Shown here piece by piece: positions 22,801 to 36,089 of a stretch of DNA of 64,000 bases (position 1 is its first letter; each line of letters begins with the position of its first letter). The position numbers and the translations under genes are program-made. Source of the DNA: Eledone cirrhosa (taxonomy: Eukaryota); the NCBI GenBank assembly GCA_964016885.1, contig OZ024744.1:133672001-133736000 (forward strand), read 5' to 3'. The notes under the pieces were generated by a model. That model was not told the DNA's origin. It saw nothing but the letters and a program-made list of their open reading frames with translations, and searched no databases.

Positions 22801-25800
22801 AAGTTGGGGTTAAGTTGGGGTTAAGTTAAGTTGGTGTTAAGTTAAGTTGGGGCTAAGTTAAGTTGGGGCTGAGTTAAGTTGGGGCTGAGTGAAGTTGGGG
22901 TTAAGTTAAGTTGGGGTTGAGTTAAGTTGGGGTTAAGTTAAGTTGGGGTCAAGTTAAGTTGGGGTTAAGTTGGGGTTAAGTTAAGTTAGGTTTAAGTTAA
23001 GTTGGGGTTAAGTTAAGTTGGGGTTAAGTTAAGTTGGGGTTAAGTTAAGTTGGGGTTAAGTTAAGTTGGGGTTAAGTTAATTTGTGGTTAAGTTAAGTTG
23101 GGGTTAAGTTAAGTTGGGGTTAAGTTAAGTTGGGGTTAATTTAAGTCGGGGTTAAGTTAAGTTGGGGTTAAGTTAAGTTGGGGTTAATTTAAGTTGGGGT
23201 TAAGTTAAGTTGGGGCTAATTTAAGTTGGGGTTAAGTTAAGTTGGGGTTAAGTTAAGTTGGGGTTAAGTTAAGTTGAGGTTAAGTTAAGTTGCGGTTAAA
23301 TTAAGTTGGGGTTAAGTTAAGTTGGGGTTAAGTTAAGTTGGGGTTAAGTTAAGTTGGGGATAAGTTAAGTTGGGGATAGTTTAAGTTGGGGTTAAGTTAA
23401 GTTGGGTTTAAGTTAAGTTGGGGTTAAGTTAAGTTGGGGATAAGTTAAGTTGGGGTTAAGTTAAGTTGGGGTTAAGTTAAGTTGGGGTTAAGTTAAGTTG
23501 GGGCTAAGTTAAGTTGGGGCTGAGTTAAGTTGGGGTTAAGTTAAGTTGGGGTTAAGTTAAGTTGGGGTTAATTTAAGTTGGGGTTTATTTAAGATGGGGT
23601 TACGTTAAGTTGGTATTAAGTTAAGTTGGGGTTAATTTAAGTTGGGGTTAATTAAGTTGGGGTTAAGTTAAGTTGGGGTTAAGTTAAGTTAGGGCTAAGT
23701 TAAGTTGGGGCTGAGTTAAGTTGGGGTTAAGTTAAGTTGGGCTTAATTTAAGTCGGGGTTAAGTTAAGTTAGGGTTCAGTTAAGTTGGGGTTAAGTTAAG
23801 TTGGGGTTGAGTTAACTTGGGGTTGAGTTAAATTGGGGTTGAGTTAAGTTGGGGTTGAGTTAAGTTGGGGCTAAGTTAAGTTGGGGCTGAGTTAAGTTGG
23901 GGCTGAGTTAAGTTGGGGTTAAGTTAAGTTGGGGTTGAGTTAAGTTGGGGTTAAGTTAAGTTGGGGTCAAGTTAAGTTGGGGTTAAGTTGGGGTTAAGTT
24001 AAGTTGGGGTTAAGTTAAGTTGGGGTTAAGTTAAGTGGGGGTTAAGTTAAGTTGGGGTTAAGTTAAGTTGGGGTTAATTTAAGTTGGGGTTAAGTTAAGT
24101 TGGGGTTAAGTTAAGTTGGGGTTAAGTTAAGATGGGGTTAAGTTAAGTTGGGGTTAAGTTAAGTTGAGGTTAAGTTAAGTTGGGGTTAAATTAAGTTGGG
24201 GTTAAGTTAAGTTGGGGTTAAGTTAAGTTGGGGTTAAGTTAAGTTGGGGATAAGTTAAGTTGGGGATAATTTAAGTTGGGGTTAAGTTAAGTTGGGTTTA
24301 AGTTAAATTGGGGTTAAGTTAAGTTGGGGTTAAGTTAAGTTGGGGTTAAGTTAAGTTGGGGTTAAGTTAAGTTGGGGCTAAGTTAAGTTGGGGCTGAGTT
24401 AAGTTGGGGTTAAGTTAAGTTGGGGTTAAGTTAAGTTGGGGTTAAGTTAAGTTGGGGTTTATTTAAGTTGGGGTTAATTTAAGTTGGGGTTCAGTTAAGT
24501 TGGGGTTAAGTTAAGTTGGGGTTAAGATGGGGTTAAATTAAGTTGGGGTTAAGTTAAGTTGGGGTTAAGTTAAGTTGGGGTTAAGTTAAGTTGGGGTTAA
24601 GTTAAGTCGGGGTTATGTTAAGTCGGGGTTAAGTTAAGTTAGGGTTCAGTTAAGTTGGGGTTAAGTTAAGTTGGGGTTGAGTTAAGTTGGGGTTGAGTTA
24701 AATTGGGGTTGAGTTAAGTTGGGGTTGAGTTAAGTTGGTGTTGAGTTAAGTTGGGGTTAAGTTAAGTTGGGGTTAAGTTAAGTTGGGGTTAATTTAAGTT
24801 GGGGTTCAGTTAAGTTGGGGTTCAGTTAAGTTGGGGATAAGTTAAGTTGGGGTTAAGTTAAGTTGGGGTTAAGTTAAGTTGGGGTTAAGTTAAGTTGGTG
24901 TTAAGTTAAGTTGGGGCTAAGTTAAGTTGGGGCTGAGTTAAGTTGGGGCTGAGTTAAGTTGGGGTTAAGTTAAGTTGGGGTTGAGTTAAGTTGGGGTTAA
25001 GTTAAGTTGGGGTCAAGTTAAGTTGGGGTTAAGTTGGGGTTAAGTTAAGTTAGGTTTAAGTTAAGTTGGGGTTAAGTTAAGTTGGGGTTACGTTAAGTTG
25101 GTGTTAAGTTAAGTTGGGGTTAATTTAAGTTGGGGTTAATTAAGTTGGGGTTAAGTTAAGTTGGGGTTAAGTTAAGTTGGGGTTAATTTAAGTTGGGGTT
25201 GAGTTAAGTTGGGGTTAAGTTAAGTTGGGGTTATATTAAGTTGGGGTTAAGTTAAGTTGGGGTTCAGTTAAGTTGGGGATAAGTTAAGTTGGGGTTAAGT
25301 TAAGTTGGGGTTAAGTTAAGTTGGGGTTAAGTTAAGTTGGTGTTAAGTTAAGTTGGGGCTAAGTTAAGTTGGGGCTGAGTTAAGTTGGGGCTGAGTTAAG
25401 TTGGGGTTAAGTTAAGTTGGGGTTGAGTTAAGTTGGGGTTAAGTTAAGTTGGGGTTAAGTTAAGTTGGGGTTAAGTTAAGTTGGGGTTAATTTAAGTTGG
25501 GGTTCAGTTAAGTTGGGGTTCAGTTAAGTTGGGGATAAGTTAAGTTGGGGTTAAGTTAAGTTGGGGTTAAGTTAAGTTGGGGTTAAGTTAAGTTGGTGTT
25601 AAGTTAAGTTGGGGCTAAGTTAAGTTGGGGCTGAGTTAAGTTGGGGCTGAGTTAAGTTGGGGTTAAGTTAAGTTGGGGTTGAGTTAAGTTGGGGTTAAGT
25701 TAAGTTGGGGTCAAGTTAAGTTGGGGTTAAGTTGGGGTTAAGTTAAGTTAGGTTTAAGTTAAGTTGGGGTTAAGTTAAGTTGGGGTTACGTTAAGTTGGT

Positions 25801-26555
25801 GTTAAGTTAAGTTGGGGTTAAGTTGGGGTTAAGTTAAGTTAGGTTTAAGTTAAGTTGGGGTTAAGTTAAGTTGGGGTTACGTTAAGTTGGTGTTAAGTTA
25901 AGTTGGGGTTAATTTAAGTTGGGGTTAATTAAGTTGGGGTTAAGTTAAGTTGGGGTTAATTTAAGTTGGGGTTAATTTAAGTTGGGGTTGAGTTAAGTGG
26001 GGGTTAAGTTAAGTTGGGGTTATATTAAGTTGGGGTTAAGTTAAGTTGGGGTTCAGTTAAGTTGGGGATAAGTTAAGTTGGGGTTAAGTTAAGTTGGGGT
26101 TAAGTTAAGTTGGGGTTAAGTTAAGTTGGTGTTAAGTTAAGTTGGGGTTAAGTTGGGGTTAAGTTAAGTTGGTGTTAAGTTAAGTTGGGGCTAAGTTAAG
26201 TTGGGGCTGAGTTAAGTTGGGGCTGAGTGAAGTTGGGGTTAAGTTAAGTTGGGGTTGAGTTAAGTTGGGGTTAAGTTAAGTTGGGGTCAAGTTAAGTTGG
26301 GGTTAAGTTGGGGTTAAGTTAAGTTAGGTTTAAGTTAAGTTGGGGTTAAGTTAAGTTGGGGTTAAGTTAAGTTGGGGTTAAGTTAAGTTGGGGTTAAGTT
26401 AAGTTGGGGTTAAGTTAATTTGTGGTTAAGTTAAGTTGGGGTTAAGTTAAGTTGGGGTTAAGTTAAGTTGGGGTTAATTTAAGTCGGGGTTAAGTTAAGT
26501 TGGGGTTAAGTTAAGTTGGGGTTAATTTAAGTTGGGGTTAAGTTAAGTTGGGGCT
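18940..26555 (+). repeat. Tandem duplication, period 3808 bp, junction near 22747
   Basis: GCGGTTAAA at 19484 and 23292; GTGGGGG at 20227 and 24035; GGGGTTATGTTAAGTC at 20801 and 24609. Confidence 0.85.
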
Positions 26556-27639
26556 AATTTAAGTTGGGGTTAAGTTAAGTTGGGATTAAGTTAAGTTGGG
26601 GTTAAGTTAAGTTGAGGTTAAGTTAAGTTGGGGTTAAATTAAGTTGGGGTTAAGTTAAGTTGGGGTTAAGTTAAGTTGGGGTTAAGTTAAGTTGGGGATA
26701 AGTTAAGTTGGGGATAGTTTAAGTTGGGGTTAAGTTAAGTTGGGTTTAAGTTAAGTTGGGGTTAAGTTAAGTTGGGGATAAGTTAAGTTGGGGTTAAGTT
26801 AAGTTGGGGTTAAGTTAAGTTGGGGTTAAGTTAAGTTGGGGCTAAGTTAAGTTGGGGCTGAGTTAAGTTGGGGTTAAGTTAAGTTGGGGTTAAGTTAAGT
26901 TGGGGTTAATTTAAGTTGGGGTTTATTTAAGATGGGGTTACGTTAAGTTGGTATTAAGTTAAGTTGGGGTTAATTTAAGTTGGGGTTAATTAAGTTGGGG
27001 TTAAGTTAAGTTGGGGTTAAGTTAAGTTAGGGCTAAGTTAAGTTGGGGCTGAGTTAAGTTGGGGTTAAGTTAAGTTGGGCTTAATTTAAGTCGGGGTTAA
27101 GTTAAGTTAGGGTTCAGTTAAGTTGGGGTTAAGTTAAGTTGGGGTTGAGTTAACTTGGGGTTGAGTTAAATTGGGGTTGAGTTAAGTTGGGGTTGAGTTA
27201 AATTGGGGTTAAGTTAAGTTGGGGTTAAGTTAAGTTGCAGTTATGTTAAGTTGAGGTTAAGTTAAGGTGCGGTTATGTTAAGTTGGGGTTAAGTTAAGTT
27301 GGGGCTAAGTTAAGTTGGGGCTAAGTTAAGTTGGGGCTAAGTTAAGTTGGGGTTAAGTTAAGTTGGGGTTAAGTTAAGTCGGGGTTAAGTTAAGTTGGGG
27401 TTAAGTTAAGTTGGGGTTAATTTAAGTTGGGGTTAAGTTAAGTTGGGGTTAAGTTAAGTTGGGGTTAAGTTAAGTTGGGGTTAAGTTAAGTTGGGGTTAA
27501 GTTAAGTTGGTTAGTTAAGTTGAGTTTAAGTTAAGTTGGGGTTAATTTAAGTTGGGGTTAAGTTATGTTGGGGTTAAGTTAAGTTGGGGTTAAGTTAAGT
27601 TGGGGTTAAGTTAAGTTGGGGTTAAGTTAAGTTGGGGTT

Positions 27640-27812
27640 AACCCCAACTTAACTTAACCCCAACTTCACTCAACCCCAACTTAACTCAACCCCAACTTAA
27701 CTTAACCCCAACTTCACTCAACCCCAACTTAACTTAACCCCAACTTCACTCAACCACAACTTCCAACTTGACTTAACCCCAACTTAACTTAGCCCCAACT
27801 TAACTTAAGCCC
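27640..27812 (-). repeat. Inverted 173-bp satellite block copy 3
   Basis: Junction at 27639/27640; third unit AACTTAACTC as in copy 1. Confidence 0.95.
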
Positions 27813-30800
27813 TAAGTCGGGGTTAAGTTAAGTTGGCGTTAAGTTAAGTTAGGCTTAACTTAAGTTGGGGTTCAGTTAAGTTGGGGGTAAGTTAAGTTGG
27901 GGGTAAGTTAAGTTGGGGTTAAGTTAAGTTGCGGTTAAGTTGGGGTTAAGTTAAGTTAGGGTTAAGTTAAGTTGGGGTTGAGTTAAGTTGGGGTTAATTA
28001 AGTGGTGGTTATGTTAAGTTGGGGTTAAGTTAAGTTGGGGTTAATTTAAATTGGGGTTAAGTTAACTTTGTGGTTAATTTAAGTTGGGGTTAAGTTAAGT
28101 TGGGGTTAAGTTGGGGTTGAGTTAAGTTGGGGTTGAGTGAAGTTGGGGTTAAGTTAAGTTGGGGTTAAGTTAAGTTGGGGTTAAGTTAGGTCGGGGTTAA
28201 GTTAAGTTGTGGTTGAGTTAAGTTGGGGTTAATTTAAGTTGGGGCTAAGTTAATTTGTGGTTAAGTTAAGTTGGGGTTAAGTTAAGTTGGGGTTAAGTTA
28301 AGTTGGGGTTGAGTTAAGTTGGGGTTGAGTTAATTTGGGGTTAAGTTAAGTTGGGGTTAAATTAAGTTGGGGTTAAATTAAGTTGGGGTTAAGTTACGTT
28401 GGGGGTAAGTTAAGTTGGGGGCAAGTTAAGTTGGGGTTAATTTAAGTTGGGGTTAAATTAAGTTGGGGTTACGTTAAGTTGGTGTTAAGTTAAGTTGGGG
28501 TTAATTTAAGTTGGGGTTAATTAAGTTGGGGTTAAGTTAAGTTGGGGTTAAGTTAAGTTGGGGTTAATTTAAGTTGGGGTTGAGTTAAGTTGGGGTTAAG
28601 TTAAGTTGGGGTTATATTAAGTTGGGGTTAAGTTAAGTTGGGGTTCAGTTAAGTTGGGGATAAGTTAAGTTGGGGTTAAGTTAAGTTGGGGTTAAGTTAA
28701 GGTGGGGTTAAGTTAAGTTGGTGTTAAGTTAAGTTGGGGCTAAGTTAAGTTGGGGCTGAGTTAAGTTGGGGCTGAGTTAAGTTGGGGTTAAGTTAAGTTG
28801 GGGTTGAGTTAAGTTGGGGTTAAGTTAAGTTGGGGTCAAGTTAAGTTGGGGTTAAGTTGGGGTTAAGTTAAGTTGGGGTTAAGTTAAGTTGGGGTTAAGT
28901 TAAGTCGGGGTTAAGTTAAGTTGGGGTTAAGTTAAGTTGGGGTTAATTTAAGTTGGGGTTAAGTTAAGTTGGGGTTAAGTTAAGTTGGGGTTAAGTTAAG
29001 ATGGGGTTAAGTTAAGTTGGGGTTAAGTTAAGTTGAGGTTAAGTTAAGTTGGGGTTAAATTAAGTTGGGGTTAAGTTAAGTTGGGGTTAAGTTAAGTTGG
29101 GGTTAAGTTAAGTTGGGGATAAGTTAAGTTGGGGATAATTTAAGTTGGGGTTAAGTTAAGTTGGGTTTAAGTTAAGTTGGGGTTAAGTTAAGTTGGGGTT
29201 AAGTTAAGTTGGGGTTAAGTTAAGTTGGGGTTAAGTTAAGTTGGGGTTAAGTTAAGTTGGGGCTAAGTTAAGTTGGGGCTGAGTTAAGTTGGGGTTAAGT
29301 TAAGTTGGGGTTAAGTTAAGTTGGGGTTAAGTTAAGTTGGGGTTTATTTAAGTTGGGGTTAATTTAAGTTGGGGTTCAGTTAAGTTGGGGTTAAGTTAAG
29401 TTGGGGTTAAGATGGGGTTAAATTAAGTTGGGGTTAAGTTAAGTTGGGGTTAAGTTAAGTTGGGGTTAAGTTAAGTTGGGGTTAAGTTAAGTCGGGGTTA
29501 AGTTAAGTCGGGGTTAAGTTAAGTTAGGGTTGAGTTAAGTTGGGGTTAAGTTAAGTTGGGGTTGAGTTAAGTTGGGGTTGAGTTAAATTGGGGTTGAGTT
29601 AAGTTGGGGTTGAGTTAAGTTGGTGTTGAGTTAAGTTGGGGTTAAGTTAAGTTGGGGTTAAGTTAAGTTGGGGTTAATTTAAGTTGGGGTTCAGTTAAGT
29701 TGGGGTTCAGTTAAGTTGGGGATAAGTTAAGTTGGGGTTAAGTTAAGTTGGGGTTAAGTTAAGTTGGGGTTAAGTTAAGTTGGTGTTAAGTTAAGTTGGG
29801 GCTAAGTTAAGTTGGGGCTGAGTTAAGTTGGGGCTGAGTTAAGTTGGGGTTAAGTTAAGTTGGGGTTGAGTTAAGTTGGGGTTAAGTTAAGTTGGGGTCA
29901 AGTTAAGTTGGGGTTAAGTTGGGGTTAAGTTAAGTTAGGTTTAAGTTAAGTTGGGGTTAAGTTAAGTTGGGGTTACGTTAAGTTGGTGTTAAGTTAAGTT
30001 GGGGTTAATTTAAGTTGGGGTTAATTAAGTTGGGGTTAAGTTAAGTTGGGGTTAAGTTAAGTTGGGGTTAATTTAAGTTGGGGTTGAGTTAAGTTGGGGT
30101 TAAGTTAAGTTGGGGTTATATTAACTTGGGGTTAAGTTAAGTTGGGGTTCAGTTAAGTTGGGGATAAGTTAAGTTGGGGTTAAGTTAAGTTGGGGTTAAG
30201 TTAAGTTGGGGTTAAGTTAAGTTGGTGTTAAGTTAAGTTGGGGCTAAGTTAAGTTGGGGCTGAGTTAAGTTGGGGCTGAGTTAAGTTGGGGTTAAGTTAA
30301 GTTGGGGTTGAGTTAAGTTGGGGTTAAGTTAAGTTGGGGTTAAGTTAAGTTGGGGTTAAGTTAAGTTGGTGTTAAGTTAAGTTGGGGCTAAGTTAAGTTG
30401 GGGCTGAGTTAAGTTGGGGCTGAGTGAAGTTGGGGTTAAGTTAAGTTGGGGTTGAGTTAAGTTGGGGTTAAGTTAAGTTGGGGTCAAGTTAAGTTGGGGT
30501 TAAGTTGGGGTTAAGTTAAGTTAGGTTTAAGTTAAGTTGGGGTTAAGTTAAGTTGGGGTTAAGTTAAGTTGGGGTTAAGTTAAGTTGGGGTTAAGTTAAT
30601 TTGTGGTTAAGTTAAGTTGGGGTTAAGTTAAGTTGGGGTTAAGTTAAGTTGGGGTTAATTTAAGTCGGGGTTAAGTTAAGTTGGGGTTAAGTTAAGTTGG
30701 GGTTAATTTAAGTTGGGGTTAAGTTAAGTTGGGGCTAATTTAAGTTGGGGTTAAGTTAAGTTGGGGTTAAGTTAAGTTGGGGTTAAGTTAAGTTGAGGTT

Positions 30801-31836
30801 AAGTTAAGTTGGGGTTAAATTAAGTTGGGGTTAAGTTAAGTTGGGGTTAAGTTAAGTTGGGGTTAAGTTAAGTTGGGGATAAGTTATGTTGGGGATAGTT
30901 TAAGTTGGGGTTAAGTTAAGTTGGGTTTAAGTTAAGTTGGGGTTAAGTTAAGTTGGGGATAAGTTAAGTTGGGGTTAAGTTAAGTTGGGGTTAAGTTAAG
31001 TTGGGGTTAAGTTAAGTTGGGGCTAAGTTAAGTTGGGGCTGAGTTAAGTTGGGGTTAAGTTAAGTTGGGGTTAAGTTAAGTTGGGGTTAATTTAAGTTGG
31101 GGTTTATTTAAGATGGGGTTACGTTAAGTTGGTATTAAGTTAAGTTGGGGTTAATTTAAGTTGGGGTTAATTAAGTTGGGGTTAAGTTAAGTTGGGGTTA
31201 AGTTAAGTTAGGGCTAAGTTAAGTTGGGGCTGAGTTAAGTTGGGGTTAAGTTAAGTTGGGCTTAATTTAAGTCGGGGTTAAGTTAAGTTAGGGTTCAGTT
31301 AAGTTGGGGTTAAGTTAAGTTGGGGTTGAGTTAACTTGGGGTTGAGTTAAATTGGGGTTGAGTTAAGTTGGGGTTGAGTTAAGTTGGTGTTGAGTTAAAT
31401 TGGGGTTAAGTTAAGTTGGGGTTAAGTTAAGTTGCAGTTATGTTAAGTTGAGGTTAAGTTAAGGTGCGGTTATGTTAAGTTGGGGTTAAGTTAAGTTGGG
31501 GCTAAGTTAAGTTGGGGCTAAGTTAAGTTGGGGCTAAGTTAAGTTGGGGTTAAGTTAAGTTGGGGTTAAGTTAAGTCGGGGTTAAGTTAAGTTGGGGTTA
31601 AGTTAAGTTGGGGTTAATTTAAGTTGGGGTTAAGTTAAGTTGGGGTTAAGTTAAGTTGGGGTTAAGTTAAGTTGGGGTTAAGTTAAGTTGGGGTTAAGTT
31701 AAGTTGGTTAGTTAAGTTGAGTTTAAGTTAAGTTGGGGTTAATTTAAGTTGGGGTTAAGTTATGTTGGGGTTAAGTTAAGTTGGGGTTAAGTTAAGTTGG
31801 GGTTAAGTTAAGTTGGGGTTAAGTTAAGTTGGGGTT
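27640..31836 (+). repeat. Higher-order repeat unit, 4197 bp
   Basis: Same marker order as 1-4175, between two inverted blocks. Confidence 0.9.
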
Positions 31837-32009
31837 AACCCCAACTTAACTTAACCCCAACTTCACTCAACCCCAACTTAACTCAACCCCAACTTAACTT
31901 AACCCCAACTTCACTCAACCCCAACTTAACTTAACCCCAACTTCACTCAACCACAACTTCCAACTTGACTTAACCCCAACTTAACTTAGCCCCAACTTAA
32001 CTTAAGCCC
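31837..32009 (-). repeat. Inverted 173-bp satellite block copy 4
   Basis: Junction at 31836/31837; AACTTAACTC variant. Confidence 0.95.
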
Positions 32010-35000
32010 TAAGTCGGGGTTAAGTTAAGTTGGCGTTAAGTTAAGTTAGGCTTAACTTAAGTTGGGGTTCAGTTAAGTTGGGGGTAAGTTAAGTTGGGGG
32101 TAAGTTAAGTTGGGGTTAAGTTAAGTTGCGGTTAAGTTGGGGTTAAGTTAAGTTAGGGTTAAGTTAAGTTGGGGTTGAGTTAAGTTGGGGTTAATTAAGT
32201 GGTGGTTATGTTAAGTTGGGGTTAAGTTAAGTTGGGGTTAATTTAAATTGGGGTTAAGTTAACTTTGTGGTTAATTTAAGTTGGGGTTAAGTTAAGTTGG
32301 GGTTAAGTTGGGGTTGAGTTAAGTTGGGGTTGAGTGAAGTTGGGGTTAAGTTAAGTTGGGGTTAAGTTAAGTTGGGGTTAAGTTAGGTCGGGGTTAAGTT
32401 AAGTTGTGGTTGAGTTAAGTTGGGGTTAATTTAAGTTGGGGCTAAGTTAATTTGTGGTTAAGTTAAGTTGGGGTTAAGTTAAGTTGGGGTTAAGTTAAGT
32501 TGGGGTTGAGTTAAGTTGGGGTTGAGTTAATTTGGGGTTAAGTTAAGTTGGGGTTAAATTAAGTTGGGGTTAAATTAAGTTGGGGTTAAGTTACGTTGGG
32601 GGTAAGTTAAGTTGGGGGCAAGTTAAGTTGGGGTTAATTTAAGTTGGGGTTAAATTAAGTTGGGGTTACGTTAAGTTGGTGTTAAGTTAAGTTGGGGTTA
32701 ATTTAAGTTGGGGTTAATTAAGTTGGGGTTCAGTTAAGTTGGGGATAAGTTAAGTTGGGGTTAAGTTAAGTTGGGGTTAAGTTAAGGTGGGGTTAAGTTA
32801 AGTTGGTGTTAAGTTAAGTTGGGGCTAAGTTAAGTTGGGGCTGAGTTAAGTTGGGGCTGAGTTAAGTTGGGGTTAAGTTAAGTTGGGGTTGAGTTAAGTT
32901 GGGGTTAAGTTAAGTTGGGGTCAAGTTAAGTTGGGGTTAAGTTGGGGTTAAGTTAAGTTGGGGTTAAGTTAAGTTGGGGTTAAGTTAAGTCGGGGTTAAG
33001 TTAAGTTGGGGTTAAGTTAAGTTGGGGTTAATTTAAGTTGGGGTTAAGTTAAGTTGGGGTTAAGTTAAGTTGGGGTTAAGTTAAGATGGGGTTAAGTTAA
33101 GTTGGGGTTAAGTTAAGTTGGGGTTAAATTAAGTTGGGGTTAAGTTAAGTTGGGGTTAAGTTAAGTTGGGGTTAAGTTAAGTTGGGGATAAGTTAAGTTG
33201 GGGATAATTTAAGTTGGGGTTAAGTTAAGTTGGGTTTAAGTTAAGTTGGGGTTAAGTTAAGTTGGGGTTAAGTTAAGTTGGGGTTAAGTTAAGTTGGGGT
33301 TAAGTTAAGTTGGGGTTAAGTTAAGTTGGGGCTAAGTTAAGTTGGGGCTGAGTTAAGTTGGGGTTAAGTTAAGTTGGGGTTAAGTTAAGTTGGGGTTAAG
33401 TTAAGTTGGGGTTTATTTAAGTTGGGGTTAATTTAAGTTGGGGTTCAGTTAAGTTGGGGTTAAGTTAAGTTGGGGTTAAGATGGGGTTAAATTAAGTTGG
33501 GGTTAAGTTAAGTTGGGGTTAAGTTAAGTTGGGGTTAAGTTAAGTTGGGGTTAAGTTAAGTCGGGGTTAAGTTAAGTCGGGGTTAAGTTAAGTTAGGGTT
33601 CAGTTAAGTTGGGGTTAAGTTAAGTTGGGGTTGAGTTAAGTTGGGGTTGAGTTAAATTGGGGTTGAGTTAAGTTGGGGTTGAGTTAAGTTGGTGTTGAGT
33701 TAAGTTGGGGTTAAGTTAAGTTGGGGTTAAGTTAAGTTGGGGTTAATTTAAGTTGGGGTTCAGTTAAGTTGGGGTTCAGTTAAGTTGGGGATAAGTTAAG
33801 TTGGGGTTAAGTTAAGTTGGGGTTAAGTTAAGTTGGGGTTAAGTTAAGTTGGTGTTAAGTTAAGTTGGGGCTAAGTTAAGTTGGGGCTGAGTTAAGTTGG
33901 GGCTGAGTTAAGTTGGGGTTAAGTTAAGTTGGGGTTGAGTTAAGTTGGGGTTAAGTTAAGTTGGGGTCAAGTTAAGTTGGGGTTAAGTTGGGGTTAAGTT
34001 AAGTTAGGTTTAAGTTAAGTTGGGGTTAAGTTAAGTTGGGGTTACGTTAAGTTGGTGTTAAGTTAAGTTGGGGTTAATTTAAGTTGGGGTTAATTAAGTT
34101 GGGGTTAAGTTAAGTTGGGGTTAAGTTAAGTTGGGGTTAATTTAAGTTGGGGTTGAGTTAAGTTGGGGTTAAGTTAAGTTGGGGTTATATTAAGTTGGGG
34201 TTAAGTTAAGTTGGGGTTCAGTTAAGTTGGGGATAAGTTAAGTTGGGGTTAAGTTAAGTTGGGGTTAAGTTAAGTTGGGGTTAAGTTAAGTTGGTGTTAA
34301 GTTAAGTTGGGGCTAAGTTAAGTTGGGGCTGAGTTAAGTTGGGGCTGAGTTAAGTTGGGGTTAAGTTAAGTTGGGGTTGAGTTAAGTTGGGGTTAAGTTA
34401 AGTTGGGGTTAAGTTGGGGTTAAGTTAAGTTGGTGTTAAGTTAAGTTGGGGCTAAGTTAAGTTGGGGCTGAGTTAAGTTGGGGCTGAGTGAAGTTGGGGT
34501 TAAGTTAAGTTGGGGTTGAGTTAAGTTGGGGTTAAGTTAAGTTGGGGTCAAGTTAAGTTGGGGTTAAGTTGGGGTTAAGTTAAGTTAGGTTTAAGTTAAG
34601 TTGGGGTTAAGTTAAGTTGGGGTTAAGTTAAGTTGGGGTTAAGTTAAGTTGGGGTTAAGTTAAGTTGGGGTTAAGTTAATTTGTGGTTAAGTTAAGTTGG
34701 GGTTAAGTTAAGTTGGGGTTAAGTTAAGTTGGGGTTAATTTAAGTCGGGGTTAAGTTAAGTTGGGGTTAAGTTAAGTTGGGGTTAATTTAAGTTGGGGTT
34801 AAGTTAAGTTGGGGCTAATTTAAGTTGGGGTTAAGTTAAGTTGGGGTTAAGTTAAGTTGGGGTTAAGTTAAGTTGAGGTTAAGTTAAGTTGGGGTTAAAT
34901 TAAGTTGGGGTTAAGTTAAGTTGGGGTTAAGTTAAGTTGGGGTTAAGTTAAGTTGGGGATAAGTTAAGTTGGGGATAGTTTAAGTTGGGGTTAAGTTAAG

Positions 35001-35916
35001 TTGGGTTTAAGTTAAGTTGGGGTTAAGTTAAGTTGGGGATAAGTTAAGTTGGGGTTAAGTTAAGTTGGGGTTAAGTTAAGTTGGGGTTAAGTTAAGTTGG
35101 GGCTAAGTTAAGTTGGGGCTGAGTTAAGTTGGGGTTAAGTTAAGTTGGGGTTAAGTTAAGTTGGGGTTAATTTAAGTTGGGGTTTATTTAAGATGGGGTT
35201 ATGTTAAGTTGGTGTTAAGTTAAGTTGGGGTTAATTTAAGTTGGGGTTAATTAAGTTGGGGTTAAGTTAAGTTGGGGTTAAGTTAAGTTAGGGCTAAGTT
35301 AAGTTGGGGCTGAGTTAAGTTGGGGTTAAGTTAAGTTGGGCTTAATTTAAGTCGGGGTTAAGTTAAGTTAGGGTTCAGTTAAGTTGGGGTTAAGTTAAGT
35401 TGGGGTTGAGTTAAGTTGGGGTTGAGTTAAATTGGGGTTGAGTTAAGTTGGGGTTGAGTTAAGTTGGTGTTGAGTTAAGTTGGGGTTAAGTTAAGTTGGG
35501 GTTAAGTTAAGTTGCAGTTAAGTTAAGTTGAGGTTAAGTTAAGGTGCGGTTATGTTAAGTTGGGGTTAAGTTAAGTTGGGGCTAAGTTAAGTTGGGGCTA
35601 AGTTAAGTTGGGGCTAAGTTAAGTTGGGGTTAAGTTAAGTTGGGGTTAAGTTAAGTCGGGGTTAAGTTAAGTTGGGGTTAAGTAAAGTTGGGGTTAATTT
35701 AAGTTGGGGTTAAGTTAAGTTGGGGTTAAGTTAAGTTGGGGTTAAGTTAAGTTGGGGTTAAGTTAAGTTGGGGTTAAGTTAAGTTGGTTAGTTAAGTTGA
35801 GTTTAAGTTAAGTTGGGGTTAATTTAAGTTGGGGTTAAGTTATGTTGGGGTTAAGTTAAGTTGGGGTTAAGTTAAGTTGGGGTTAAGTTAAGTTGGGGTT
35901 AAGTTAAGTTGGGGTT
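31837..35916 (+). repeat. Higher-order repeat unit, 4080 bp (internal deletion near 32720)
   Basis: Same marker order; the 15-mer is followed directly by the TTCAG unit, so the TTATATTAAG unit and its neighbours are missing. Confidence 0.85.
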
Positions 35917-36089
35917 AACCCCAACTTAACTTAACCCCAACTTCACTCAACCCCAACGTAACTCAACCCCAACTTAACTTAACCCCAACTTCACTCAACC
36001 CCAACTTAACTTAACCCCAACTTCACTCAACCACAACTTCCAACTTGACTTAACCCCAACTTAACTTAGCCCCAACTTAACTTAAGCCC
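35917..36089 (-). repeat. Inverted 173-bp satellite block copy 5
   Basis: Junction at 35916/35917; AACGTAACTC variant. Confidence 0.95.

Noticed and set aside
27640-27812. 173-bp block length matching a nucleosome repeat length
   Set aside because: All copies descend from one event, so the length is a single observation and may be coincidence without MNase or Fiber-seq data.
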